The position numbers were made by a program, and so were the translations under genes. From Azolla caroliniana (taxonomy: Eukaryota > Plantae > Polypodiophyta), in NCBI GenBank assembly GCA_043228905.1, contig JBHGNT010000001.1, forward strand, positions 25,296,001-25,360,000: a stretch of DNA of 64,000 bases, given 5' to 3'. Below the pieces are notes generated by a model that was not told the origin of the DNA, searched no databases, and saw nothing but the letters and a program-made list of their open reading frames with translations. Within the stretch, counting starts at the first letter, position 1. Every line of letters starts with the position of its first letter. Below, in pieces: positions 46,954-60,404 of this stretch.

Positions 46954-49900
46954 CAAAAAGCTTGTTGTGTTCATCATGGTGGTGTTTTCGTGAGAATGAT
47001 ACAAACATTGTCCTCTGGGATCATCTGGATTCTCTTTTGTGAAGCCCGATGAATGAATGGCTAGTTTCTCTCTGAGACCTAACAAATTGAAAGTATAGAT
47101 TGACCTGCTCATAATCAGAATTTCGATAAAAGTCTCTATGTTGGTAATCCATTGCTTACCTGAATCATCAGACAATTGTATCATCTGGAAATTTTAGTTC
47201 ATTAGTAAATGCAAAAATCAGATGTGTTGTGAAACTATGCTATGTCATATGTTAACAATGAGTACCAATAACAACCGTTGGAGAAATGAATGATGGGCTG
47301 AAGCTTGCATTTCCATCTCTGGAGATTTGTAGATGAATGTGCATGTGCTGTTGTCATTTGGGGTGTATATAGAACGTTTTACTCCTTAGTACCACTTCAA
47401 GGGCTTTTCTGAACATCAACAAATTGCAAATTGGGGGAGATGTGTTTCGTGCTCTACCGCAGCCAATTTCTACAGTTTGAAAATATTGAAAGGACAATTA
47501 TAATTCATCAGTTTTTGTATGCAACCCTATAATGCAAGTAAGAGATGGTTTCATGTGGTATGGGCATGCAAAAGAGTTTGCATCGAAGTACACTGACATT
47601 TCTTTCTTTTCTAATAATGTTGGTGTTGCATGTTAGAAACCAGTAACATACAATTCTTATGTTTAGAAATGATGCAACTAGTCATTTGATCAAGAATAAG
47701 AATCTGGGTTATGTAGCTAGAAAGGTCTAAATGTTGAGGCAAAAGGAATCTGTCAATGCTTGTGCATAGAGGTTATGTTTTGTTAAGACATTGTTACTAA
47801 CTTACTTGAAGAGGAAGGGTTGAAAAACTCTTATTTGTGTATATCCTCTTGTTAGGGTTTGGTCTCGGTAGTCTCTTGATTCAGCCAAATGACACCATAC
47901 CATCTTTGGTGCTGATGGTATATCCAAGTGTCTCTAGATCAAAGACATATGGCCCTGGCACACAATATGTCAATCAAAATATGTTCAAATTTGAAGCATA
48001 TTCATAGAAAATGATCCAATTAACAACAATGTATATTAATCATTCACAAATCAAGATATTGGAATTATATTGTATCAATATATGTGAGGGGTAATAGAAT
48101 AGGAAAGCAGGGCATGAAAGCGAATTTACTCTTTTACATCAAATAGGAGGTTTCAAACGTCATTTTAAACAAACAAAAAAGAAGTAATAGGTTTATGAAG
48201 TAAAATATATCAACATGATGGTGTTGTGGTAAAAGCTTGCATTTTGCAACTTGAAGGTTGCGGGGTTCAAGGGGTTTGGTATTGTGTCCATGTCATTGTA
48301 TTATGGCGATGTGAAAATATGTTATTCAATCTTTTTTTTGAACAGCTTGACCCCACCTTATATGTTTCCATCACAATTACAATCTCGATCTTGATATATT
48401 CTCCTTCACATCAATTAGCAGCGTGTTTGAAAATGTGGAATAATTTATTAGAGACTCATTATATTGTAAGACATAGAATGCTCATTAATTGCAACCTATC
48501 AAGTCATCATGATTATATACCATGTACCACCCCCTCTTACTTAATATCATCCATCTAATCTGTCTCTCTTATATGTACATTGACCCCGGAACTAATTGAA
48601 TTCCCAAAGACCATAGAATCAATGAGTAGGGAGATGGATTCTCTAGCCTTATTCCCTTGAATTGAATGATAATTGGCCTTAAGAATGTAGTAATGTACAA
48701 AGGAGTATTCATGTTCCCTATGTTCTCATTTCAAGGCTTAATGGATATTCTGCCACCCTGCATACAACCTTCATACTCGATGGTTATTCGTGTTTCTGAG
48801 GGCCATGCCAACACAATTCACACTTATCGAAGATTCGTGAACCCCACATGTCTTTGCTTAGAAGTAAATTGTTCTGATCTTGCTTTGCTTCATCTCTCCA
48901 AATAAACACTTCTTCGTATGGAGATTGCTTTTCAAGAAGGTTCTAAGCAAAATCTTGGTTATGCTAGACATTCCCTTGCTTCCATGAATTGGCTTCAGGT
49001 CAAAATCATATTGCCTCATGTAAGTGTTTATACTTTGCCTAGTTGCTCTCAACGCATATGAACACCATCCCACATCAATTAGATGCACTTAGTCTTGTCA
49101 TTGCACAAATGCCCAACATGTTGTGGGCGATCTTGACCCTCAATCAAGCCAAGGTGACCGTGTTTTATGCACCAAGTTGTTTGATTTATAAAAAGAATAT
49201 ATCACGAAGGAGGCACAAACCAAGGGATAGATACTAAATGAAGAGATAACCATCGATAAGCTTTTAGACGTCAATGCGATACGAGTGATAAATGGAGAGT
49301 AAAGATACAAAGTTTACGTTCTCACATGCAATCAAATCAACACATACTTGTCCAATAGTTATTAGTGCATGGAAATGGATTTTACTTTCCAATTTCTAGG
49401 GCGGAAGGTAATTGATGACTGTTATCAATACATGTAAGCTCCTAGTCAATCGCAACATTGATATTGTTGCATGATGAAGATGTTTGAGGAGGAGAATATA
49501 TTTTTTCGGTGGAAGAAGCATGAGAGTGTGCATTTTCGATGGTTCCATATATGTCGGGTGAATAATTTAGAAACTCTCAAATGCTATTCTTAACAACGAT
49601 ACATAGAGAAGAAGTGAACATCGAGAATTGAAATTGGTGATGTCTCTTTATTTGTGTGCACGAGAGAGACAAAAGGACACCCACCCAATCCACTAGGAGC
49701 AACACTACCATATGTAGTAGTAGTAGTACCAATGATGGCTCCAAATTCCATGATACATATAGATTGATAGATATGGAGTTTCTTAGAGTTTGTTGTTGCT
49801 TGTTTCATTGACATCAATTGCAATTCCCAAAGTAAAAAGTGTATATTACACAAGCCATTTGGTCCTTCCTCCTCCACTTGTCTCGTTCATTACCCACACC

Positions 49901-50677
49901 CTCTTGCTCTGGTCATGCATATCTCGTGTCCTAAGCAAATTTGGTATTCTCTTAATTCATCTCGTTCATTTCTCCCAAATCCTCGTGCATGGCTCATACA
50001 GGGACCATATGCATGTGCATGCATATATGTATATATATGTCTCGAATCTTTTGCATTAAGATGCTATCGATAACGTAATGTAAACCAAGTTGTTATGACT
50101 AACTCATGCGACGACGGGAATGAAAGCATGAGGGGAGGGTTGATTGAGTGAGCCTATGCATGGTGAATGAGATTGTGGTTTTGCTTGTCCGAAGGGGTTC
50201 TAAGCGCCGGCCGGCCTCTTGAAATCAAGAAACTCATACATACACACATCCTAAATAGATACACTCCTACTCCTCCTTCCTTGTTAGTGTTGATTGAATG
50301 TGAGAAACAGAGAAGAGAGAAAACAGAGAAGAGAGACAGAGAGCAGGCAGGGCACACTCACACACACACACACACAGAGACAGAGGCAGCCATTCACACG
50401 CGCGTATGACTTTTATTTACCATATTTATATATATGTATACATATAATTTATACTGTGCCCTCCCCTGTTTCTTTCTTTCTTTCTTTCTTACGATCTCAA
50501 CGACTCCTCTCGCTCGTGTCGCAATTCTCTCTCTATATACTCTACTCTCTTTTTTTGTGTGTATTTCTTCTTCTTCTTCCCCTTCTGTCAAAGAAAGAAG
50601 AGACCCAGAAAAGTAGGCACAGACCAAGGGTAGGGGGGGGGGAGTTGTTGTGCTGGGATTTGAAGAAACAGAGAGAA

Positions 50678-50718
<41 letters not shown>

Positions 50719-50994
50719 AAAAACTGAAGGTGGGTCTTTCATCTTCCCCCCCAAACGCTCTGCTTTTTTTGGGTTGATGGGAATGTGTGTGTGTGCCATT
50801 GCTTCATTTGCCGTAGAAGCCATAGCTGCTGATGCAGCAGCCACAAGAATGTAACTACTTTTTCTTTTCTTTTTATTCCATCTCTGTTATCTTCCTTTCC
50901 CTTTTTTCTTCTTTCTTTCTTTCTTTCTTTCTTGGCGTTTCACTCCCCCCCCCCCCCTCCTTTCTGTATGTATCTCTCTCTGATTTTGCATCTG

Positions 50995-51029
<35 letters not shown>

Positions 51030-51197
51030 ACAGCAGCAGGAACGCCTGATTTACAAAAAAGAAGAAGGAAATCCATCATACCAAACGTCATCTCTCCAAA
51101 ATCCTTTTGTTTTTATCACCCCCCCCCCTCCTCTTTTCTTCTGTTCCACCCAAGCCACGCCAAGCCAACCCCACACCACGGCATTATCTTTGGTCCC

Positions 51198-53504
51198 ATG
51201 AATCTGCGTAAATCGAAGCGATTTCCTGTACACCATGGTGAGTTTTGAACTTCCCATAACCCCGTTTCCCCTTCTTGTGCTCATACTGCCGGAGAAGCCA
51301 TTCATTTCCTTTTCCTTCCTTCCTTATCTGTCTGTGCTTGTATTGAAATTCCATTTCTAGTAATACATACACAATGATGATGATGATGATGAATTTTGGG
51401 GGTGGATTAATTTTTTTGCAGGTTCTCAAGAGAGCTTGCTAGATCCTAGCTGCCCAGCTCTCACAAATCCTTCAGATTTCTTCCTCCTCCAAGACCACAA
51501 CCTCATAATGGCAGAGGTGTTGTCTGTTTCTCCGCACCATCACCATCACCATCACCAAACCTCCTCTGCTTCAGCAACAGCAGCATGTGGGACCACCATG
51601 GCTCCTGCTCCCACTTCTGAGGCAAATGCTGGGCTGATGCTGGATTCCAGCCCTTCCTCGTCTTTTCCTCCACATACGCCCATCTCTCCTCTTCCCAATT
51701 TCAGTTGCAGTAGTAGTACCACCTGTGAGCCTTCCGTGTTACTACGCCAAGAGCAAATACCAAGACCTGGACACATTCTTCCACAAGGCTGCCGGGATGA
51801 TGTGGAGCTTTCTCTTTTGACCTTCATATTCGAAGCTTTACGAAGATCAGGGCTCTCCTGTCAGGGATCTGAAGATCAGATCAAAATGGAAATCAGCCAC
51901 CCAACCAATGTCAGGCACGTGGCTCATGTCACTTTCGATAGGTTCAATGGGTTTCTTGGGCTACCAATAGAGTTTCAGATGGAGATTCCAAGAAGAGTTC
52001 CCAGTGCCAGGTATTGCCCCCCAATCCTTCAAGATAACATTTTTGGGCGGTAGGTGGTTAAGTATCTTGCATTTTCTTTTCTTTTTCCTTTCCTTTATCT
52101 GAAGAAAACTGTTATGCTACAGCGTCAGTGCATTTGGAGTTTCTGCAGAATCAATGCAGTGCTCCTATGATCGGAACGGGAACAGTGTGCCTACTATACT
52201 GTTACTTCTTCAGGAGAGACTGTATGATCAAGGCGGTCTTAAGGTCTTACAATTTTATATCTCTATCAATGTCATTGCTTTTCTACATCCGGCACACAGA
52301 TTTTCCAATTCTATGTTTTGCCATCTATCAGCAGGCTTTGTATGTGATGTTTATGAATCTAATCCTGACAGGCAGAAGGAATATTCAGGATAAATGCTGA
52401 GAATAGTCAGGAAGAGCGCGTGCGGAGTGATTTAAACCATGGCATTGTGCCATATGACATTGACGTTCACTGTTTGGCAGGGTTGATCAAGGTGCTTTCC
52501 TTTGTGCATTTTCCTACTTTTTGAAGAAAGACCAGTGTTTAATTTTAACCAATCCAGTCTGCGGTAACTGATTTGTCTCCGCCGTTTTTTCTTATCAATG
52601 TGGTACCTTGACTTACAGGCATGGTTCCGGGAGCTGCCAAGGGGTGTATTAGACAATCTCTCACCAGAGCAAGTAATGCAATGCAATACAGAGGAACAAG
52701 CAGTAGCGTTGGTGAAGACACTGCCTCCCATGCAAGCAGCACTCTTGGATTGGGGAATCAACCTGATGGCAGATGTTGTGCAAGAAGAACACTTCAATAA
52801 GATGAACGCACACAACATAGCAATGGTGTTTGCTCCCAACATGACGCAGGTGAGAGTCATGAGATTTTTGGGCTGACATTCATACCGTTTCCTAAAATTC
52901 CTTTGTCTGATAAAATCATCCCTATTTGCAGATGTCAGATCCGTTGACTGCATTAATGCATGCAGTTCAAGTCATGAATTTACTCAAGATGCTTATTCTT
53001 AGGACGTTACGGGACAGGGAAGAGGTTCTCTTGGATCCGAGGCCAACTTCTACATGTAGTGAACCACCGAGTGGGAATGGGCGGGACAATGCCAGCAAAG
53101 AGGCAGCAGCCCCCTCCATCATTTCCAACAGGGGAGCAGGTAATAGCCAAATGATGGCGGAAACAGAAGTGTTTCTGAGATCATTCCACATGAGGGACAG
53201 TATAGGTGGCTATGAATCTGCTCATGATACAGAAGAAATGTTCATGACGAGGTTGCAGTCTAAATATGAACATGACTTTTCGAGTGAGAGGCAGGGATCA
53301 TCTTCCACTGTCTCAAGTTCTTTGGATGGTAACAGCAATGGCTCCAGTCCAAGTCTCATCCTTCCTGGAGAATCACAAGGTTCGCCCATACCCGCCTGCT
53401 GGAATTCCCTTCCCAGCAAATCAGAGCTCTCCAACTTAGTGAAGGACCTCACCGTTAAGAGCGACGGGATCGACCAACTCGCTGGAAGGGTCAAAGCGTG
53501 GTAA
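51198..53504 (+). CDS. Rho GTPase-activating protein with CRIB motif (RopGAP), ~557 aa, or 515 aa if it starts at 51508
   Basis: Exons 51198-51237 (tentative), 51422-52010, 52123-52243, 52372-52491, 52619-52849, 52932-53504; GT-AG, in frame. CRIB MEISHPTNVRHVAHVTFDRFNGFLGLP; GAP motifs AEGIFRINAE, HCLAGLIKAWFRELP, NKMNAHNIAMVFAPNMTQMSDPLTAL. Confidence 0.95.
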
Positions 53505-53876
53505 TTGCAATTCAAGGGGAGCACGTAAACTAAGCTAAGCTTATATCTGTCATTCTCTATTCAAGGGGAGCACCTAAACATCGTCTTCCTCACATGTCTT
53601 GTCCAAAGAAACGGCCATGTACACTATATAGATATAGATAAATAGACAGTATCAAAGATTGGCTTGTATGTATGCCCTTTTCTTATAAGACATTGAACAT
53701 CTCTGCTGACTTGGACTTCTGAAGTGGAGGAGCCAAATAAACTGAAACATTTATTTGAACAACCATCCTTTGTACCATATCCAGGCTAATTGATGAAATT
53801 TCTTGTTCTTTCAGACAATTGAGTGAACTGTCATTTTGTTGTATACCACTGTTCATTGTGGTCATTATATGGATAC

Positions 53877-54084
53877 CACAGACTTTTAATTTCTTGACGT
53901 GGGGAGGGAGAGGGTTATTAACATTTTACAGGTTCAGCGGTGCTTCCAAATTCCAGGATAAATTAAGCTCTTGCACTGTGCACAGACTTTTAATTTCTTG
54001 ACGTGGGGAGGGAGAGGGTTATTAACATTTTACAGGTTCAGCGGTGCTTCCAAATTCCAGGATAAATTAAGCTCTTGCACTGTG
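53877..54084. repeat. Apparently perfect 104-bp tandem duplication
   Basis: CACAGACTTTTAATTTCTTGACGTGGGGAGGG...GCTCTTGCACTGTG occurs at 53877 and 53981. Confidence 0.95.
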
Positions 54085-54593
54085 CTTTATGCATGTGTGT
54101 ACACTATTCATTCTATTTAATCCCATGTTTTATGATGGAGTGGAGGGCGGGCACATCAACTGTCTTTGGTACACAAGTACTATATATTTGATCTTTTCTT
54201 CTACAGCCCCCCATCCATGGATAGTTCCCATCGGGATTCAGGGAGAGAAGTTGATGATTTAGACATTGTTCCCGTGGATGATCTCTCATATTTAAGACAT
54301 TTATTTAGACAGGAGCACTCACAGAACCCTGTTCTTATTCCATGCATTTAGCTCCATATTTGTCTGTTTGAGAGCAGGCCCAATAATTTCATTGCCTTTT
54401 GTTCTGTTTTCCTTGTTGAAGGTTACACAATGAATGTTGTATCATATATGCTTAATTGAGGATATACATTTGTTTTTTCTACTTGCTGCTTGACCTGACC
54501 CACTCCATTTGTAGAAGCAACTTTCACTACAATAAGTGCAAACACATGCTTAGCTCCTCAGGTTTCTATGCTAACCATGGTGAACTCTCACGT

Positions 54594-54805
54594 CTGATTC
54601 TTGTTTGTGCAATTTAAAGAATAGCCTTAAGTATGGTGTTTTTTCACAAGCTAGCTGGATCCAAAGGATGTTTGCTACAGTTGTCGAAGATAACGGAAAA
54701 AACATCTGATTCTTGTTTATGCAATTTAAAAGCATAGGCTCAAGTATGGTGTTTTTTCACAAGCTAGCTGGATCAGAATGATGCTTACAACAGTTGTCGA
54801 CGATA
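54594..54805. repeat. ~111-bp diverged tandem duplication
   Basis: TCTGATTCTTGTTT(G/A)TGCAATTTAAA...AAGTATGGTGTTTTTTCACAAGCTAGCTGGATC occurs twice. Confidence 0.85.
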
Positions 54806-55433
54806 ATACCTGCTTGCATTTAAAATGGAAAAAACCTGCTTGTCACCCACATAGTTTTTCATAAAACTTGCTGAGGTGTGTCTCTCATATACACGATAAT
54901 ACCCTCTTGTTATCCCCACTAACAATAGGTGTTTCATGTTGAAGATAGCTCAAATGAACTTCAGATTTGGGACTTTATCTTTTCTTTGACATCGGAACCA
55001 ATGCATGTTGTTTTTTAGCATTTCTCTTTTCTTTGACATGGTAACCAATGCATTTTGTTTTTTAGCATTTCCTTGAAAAGTGCAATGCTATCGTCCTCTG
55101 CACTCTACTAAGATGTCACTGTCAACATTGTAAGGCCAGTTTTTTTAGCAGCAATTGGTTAGATTCCATGATTTGGAGCAAAAATTATCAATACTTTTTA
55201 TAATAAATGCACACTACTTGATACTTGAACCCACAACCTTAATTTTCCAAAAGAAAAGCTTTTTATTTCTACACAATGGTAAACCTCAAGGCCTGACTCA
55301 TCGATTGAGAACTTCAAGAAAAGAAAAGTCAAATCAGGACCTAGGTGGTTACTATCCCAAAACAAATGTTGCTTTCATGTGAACATCAAGACAGTAGAGA
55401 AGCTAGAAACACGTAATAGAATTTATTCCAAAT

Positions 55434-55615
55434 GGGTTAAACATTGTTGGTGGCAAGTCCAAGACTTCTTTACAAGAATCCATAAGCCCCCTTTTTTCAT
55501 TCTTGCTTAATATGCCACTACTTGGGGTTAAACATTGTTGGTGGCAAGTCCAAGACTTCTTTACAAGAATCCATAAGCCCCCTTTTTTCATTCTTGCTTA
55601 ATATGCCACTACTTG
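55434..55615. repeat. Apparently perfect ~91-bp tandem duplication
   Basis: GGGTTAAACATTGTTGGTGGCAAGTCCAAGAC...GCCACTACTTG occurs twice back to back. Confidence 0.93.
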
Positions 55616-56649
55616 TGGAGGGCTATTATTGTGGTATTGAGAGGTTGGGGCCCTATGCATAAGTTGTATCCGAAGATCACTCCACCATTCAAGGGAAAGA
55701 GAAGATTACACAATATTACAACTAAGTATTGACATTTGTTCATGCTTAGACTAAACAATGCCTATATATTTTGTGTTTGTTATTATATTTCTTGATAATC
55801 TTCTAGATATTCATGCATCCATAATTCTTGTATAATCCCATAAACTAATGACATGCTAGCTTCAAAAATTCTCTAGTGATCTTGCAATTGTGCATGGCAC
55901 CAAAAATGTAGCTTGTCTACCTCTTCATAGACACAAACACATTGTCTAGGCATGTTTAGCCTCTTACTTTAAATACACTCAAGAGACTTTAAATTGTTAC
56001 ATCAAGAGTCAATACCCTTATACATCTTCAACTTTTTTTGTAATTAGTATTTCAGAAGACATGTGCCATGACCGTTTGCTTTGACCATATAATTCCTCAA
56101 GTAATCGATACAAGTCATTTTCAAGTACTCAGAAGCATTCAAGAAAACAAGGTTTTCCCTCATGCCTGCTAATGGTGAGAGACAGGATAGTTCATGACAT
56201 ATTAACCGACTGAGTGCACAATATTGGGCTGGGTAAAACACACAATATGCAGTAACATCTGACAATACGGCAGTAAAGTTCTTCATGCATTGTCTCATGC
56301 ACTTTCACCGTTATGTGAAGATCAACATTTCATGCCAAATCTATACAATAGACCTGGGGGTATCTGATCTTGCCTTGACATATTTAACCTTGGCAATCTT
56401 GTGCAGATGTCTAATCTTCGCCGTGGCATATGTAAGCTTGGCAATCTTGTGAGGGTATATTGTGCAATCTTATGGAGGAGGCAAGGACGGACAAAAGTAG
56501 GGCAGGCTTTTACCGCTAATATAGTATACAATCAGAGTGTTTGACGAGCCCCAAATTTGTCATAAAAATGTTTTATGCAACGCTCTTTCAACTCATTAAC
56601 ATCATCCACCTCCTTTGTTGCTAGGATCAACCCATGAATGCACAACTAG

Positions 56650-57200
56650 AATGAAAAAACTTAACTTCAGTCTCACATACAAATTCTGTTCAATTGAGTA
56701 TCTGGGGAAAACAAACTTTCCGAGGAAGATGTCCACCTTCTCGTACAAAGCTCTTCAAGTTTTTGATAAAATTCTATATCTTCTTGTATCAAGCACAAGC
56801 AAGTTCTTGATGATTTTTTTTCAGCCAATCCATGCTCTCTTTAACCTGCTGATACTGCCTCCTGGGATTATGAACCTTCAAGATAAATATTGCTTTATTT
56901 AAATCTTCACTTAGGAATAATACCTCGACATCCATCTGGTGGATCTGAAAGTCTAGGTGACCTGCAATTGCTAATACAAGAAAAATAGATAGTTGATCTA
57001 GCTCTTGACAAGAGTGCGTTATCAAAATCAATGCCTGGCGTTTGGGCAATACCTTTTGGACAGTACTTTTGCATGGAGTTTCTATATAAGGGAATGCGAA
57101 ATTTCATTTCACACAAAACACATTCATGCCTCATTATTTTCCTCTCAACGTGCAAGGAAGCTGGTTCCATTGATTAACTAGAAACATTGTTACATTCTTC
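56650..57200 (-). mobile_element. Highly degenerate Ty1/copia RT fragment
   Basis: Minus frames give KGIAQTPGIDFDN and LAIAGHLDFQIHQMDVEVLFLSEDLNKAIFI, matching copia RT (KGY.Q..GIDY.E; HQMDVK.AFL.GDL.E.IY). Confidence 0.75.
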
Positions 57201-58119
57201 AATCACGGCAACGTGCCATTGCTTGGTATGAGGTTATCAAACATTCCCTAGATAGGTCTGGTCCATCTTTCATCAACCACTCTTATTAGGACCATTCTAA
57301 CTATAAGTTTCTTGTGTGTAGTCTGATGCAAGCCTATTTGCAATGCTCTTCTCAATGTAGCCAATCTAAGATGGGCTTCTTCGTATATGTGTCAAAAACG
57401 GTATCGAGGTAGCACATTGGAAGCAGATTCTGGAGAGAGCACACCATGAACCCATCTTGGAAGATCATTTCATCCATCGAAAGGACAGGGGCATCTCGAT
57501 TAGATTGCATTCATAAGTAACAACTTCTTCTCATAAAATAATACTGTCTGAAACTTACCTCAGTTACCTATTCCGATGTCTGCAGCATGGGTAATAAATC
57601 ATACACTCCTAAGGCAAATGGTTTTTATTTATCTCCAAGTTCCTGCTTATAACTCTTTTGAAACACATACAAAGGCAGAATTGCAAATCGTTCAAAGATA
57701 GTTCAAGAAGGTTTGATACCCATCCATGCTTCTCCAAGAGCGACTTTGAAAAATTTCTGGGTGACAGGTTCAGGGGCCTAAAGCAGGCATACAAAGATAA
57801 TTATACCCAACAAGAACAATGATCTTAATTTATAAGCAAGTCTGTTTGTTCGTACATCTTTTGAAACATATGAAAAGGCAGGTCTGCCAAATGTTTGATG
57901 CAAGTCCATGGAAGGTTTGATGCCCATTTACACTTCTTCAAAGAGTACCTTAAAGTAAAGATTTTGAATGTGCATTGCCATGTGAAATGCTTCTTACCTA
58001 GCTGGTCTGAGATGACATGCAGTTTAACCAAATTCAATGTGCATTCTTGAGAGAGAGGTTTCCTTTCCACAATTCCACAAATCTATGCTTGACACCGTAC
58101 TCTTTCAAGTAGACATTGA

Positions 58120-58500
58120 TCTCAAGAGTCTGAATTGAGTATATGCGCAGAGCGAAAAGACTGGCGTTCAGCTGGACAGGGAGGTTTTTGGACGGGGTTC
58201 ACAAATTTGGATCACCTATTGACTTTCTGAGCCGTTATCGAGGAGAGCAATGCCCATAATAAGAGGATTTATTGCTGCTTTGTGAATTTTTGAAAAGCCT
58301 TTGAACTGTGCTGTGTGTTCATCTTATGCATCGGTTAGAAGCCCTTGGTATCCCTATAGATATGCCAATAGGAAATCGATGCACTGTACGAATCCGTGTC
58401 AGGAAAAGTGTGATCTCTCAATTGTTTGTCAGAGACTGTGACTAGCACAATTGGAGTAAAACAAGGATGCCCACTATCACCCACTCTCTTTGGTCTCTTT
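58120..58500 (+). mobile_element. Non-LTR retrotransposon (RTE-like) RT fragment
   Basis: Frameshifted translation gives GF..LDHLLTF, RIYCCFVNF*KAF, LMHRLEALGIP and STIGVKQGCPLSPTLFGL. Confidence 0.8.
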
Positions 58501-59199
58501 GGAGTAAATTCTGACGAATGATCAATTCAAACCGTACAGCCTTAGGAAGATATTTATTTGTTGAAGTACTCCAGTACTTTTCAACATATAGCCAGATGTT
58601 TGTCTTCTGCAGTAATCTATCAATACAAGAACATAGTTGGTTCCTACAAGACTTTTAACTAAGGCTGCTCCAGTCATACAGAGGTGCACCAAACTGCTCA
58701 GCCGATTTGCTCTTAATGCAGGTCTCTTGTCTTGCTATTTGATGATGATAGGCTTGTATGGAGCATGCACAACTCCAGAGATGCCTTTGTCCCCAATACA
58801 AGATCCTCCACCAGGGTGACCATCCATTTCTCCGAGCTTTGTTTACTTCTGTGGCTCTGAATTGCATTACTGGCATGTGCCACATATGCTAGGTGAATGG
58901 ATTGTTCAAATCAGTTCAGATTTCCTTATCTTGCTCTTTGAACAATGTTGTTATTTTCTGAATTAAGCAACAAAGGACACTCGTGATTAACACCTTCGAT
59001 TGACCACCAACTTTGCCAGGGAGAGGAGATTTCGATGAAGATGTGGAACATAGAGAAGCACGTTCTTGTTTCCTGGATCAACAAGTCGACTTGACTGTAT
59101 ATAGCTTCAGCCAGGCTGTGGGCTTATAAAATAACCAGCAAACGACGTTTCTCTTGTATCTATGCTCTGTTAGTTTGCCTTTACATTCTGGAAAACGCT

Positions 59200-59392
59200 A
59201 CACATCTAATCTAAACTGATGTTCTCTGAAGGTGAAAGTCTGTTTATCACCCCTCACAAAAAGCTGCACATCTTATCTAAACTGATGTTTTCCAAAGATG
59301 GAAGATGGTTGACATTCAGGAAAAAGCTGGACATCTAATCTAAACTGATGTTTTCCTGAGATGAAAGACGGCTTATCACACCATGCAAAAAA
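59200..59392. repeat. ~65-bp tandem repeat, 3 diverged copies
   Basis: ACATCT(A/T)ATCTAAACTGATGTT recurs at ~59202, 59268 and 59331. Confidence 0.8.
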
Positions 59393-59894
59393 GTTAAAAA
59401 GGATACAGAACAAATTAGTGATAGCAAAGTGAATATACTAAATCTCTCTATTACCATCTGCTATCTCCAACAGAAAAATCATGACAATCAAAGGAAATTA
59501 CCTTTTCTTAATAAGGAATATTAAATAGATGAAAAGCACTGCTCATCAAAGAAAGCTTGGTTAGAAGGACCCACTTTCAGTTCCAGAGGTGCTGTCGAAT
59601 CCAGTACATGTAGGCGACTTGCATACCTGACCAAATTGGTATATTATTCTGCTGCATTGAAATTGCCAGAGCATGCATATTCAAGCCTCAAGCCTCACGT
59701 CGACTGTAAGCTTTGTTGCAGGTATTTTTACAGCATCATCCCATTGGGCAGATGATTTCATTTTAATATCCTTCATAAAAAATCAAAAGCATATGGAAGC
59801 AGGGTTCTTATTATGGTTTCATCTTAGAAAATTAATTCTGATATCTGTTCAGCCTTGCTATATCATATTACTCCTAGTTTAAATTAAATTACCA

Positions 59895-60136
59895 GTAAGA
59901 GTAACTGAGGTTACCAATGGATCTAATTTTTTATGTAAAGTTGCTTTCTTCACAAAGACAATGATTTCCATTGGATTTGTTTTACATTCTCTGGACACAT
60001 TGTTGCAAATTGAATGTAAGAGTAACTGAGGTTACCAACGGATCTAATTTTTATGTAAAGTTGCTTTCTTCACATAGACGATGATTTCCCTTGGATTTGT
60101 TTTATATTCTCTGGACACATTGTTGCAAATTGAATG
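59895..60136. repeat. ~121-bp tandem duplication
   Basis: GTAAGAGTAACTGAGGTTACCAA(T/C)GGATCTAATTTTT...TGTTGCAAATTGAATG occurs twice. Confidence 0.9.
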
Positions 60137-60404
60137 CTAAAATGCCATGGTTTACAGCTTAGAGAAGGCGTACCATATCTCACAGCACTGATCTTTTGAA
60201 GAGGGGAAATTGAGAAACGTTTCTTTTTGCAAGGAAACCCCCTTGATTTGCTTGAAATATATTTTCTATTGCATCCCTGATACAAAATGTATGATTTTAC
60301 CTGCCTCCAGGTAGTTTCTAGCCTGTAAATATTTTTCATGAAAATGCAGGACCGAGGTATACAATCACGAAGCATCACTACATGTCCATCACAATTCTTG
60401 ACGT

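Noticed and set aside
48550-49250. Possible retroelement remnant (MRQYDFDLKPIHGSK on the minus strand)
   Set aside because: Too degenerate; no second supporting motif.
57540-60330. Splice-site-like signals suggesting extra minus-strand exons downstream of the PLS-PPR stop
   Set aside because: Candidate exons give no recognisable protein, and one implied intron would be only ~24 nt; cannot be supported without transcripts.
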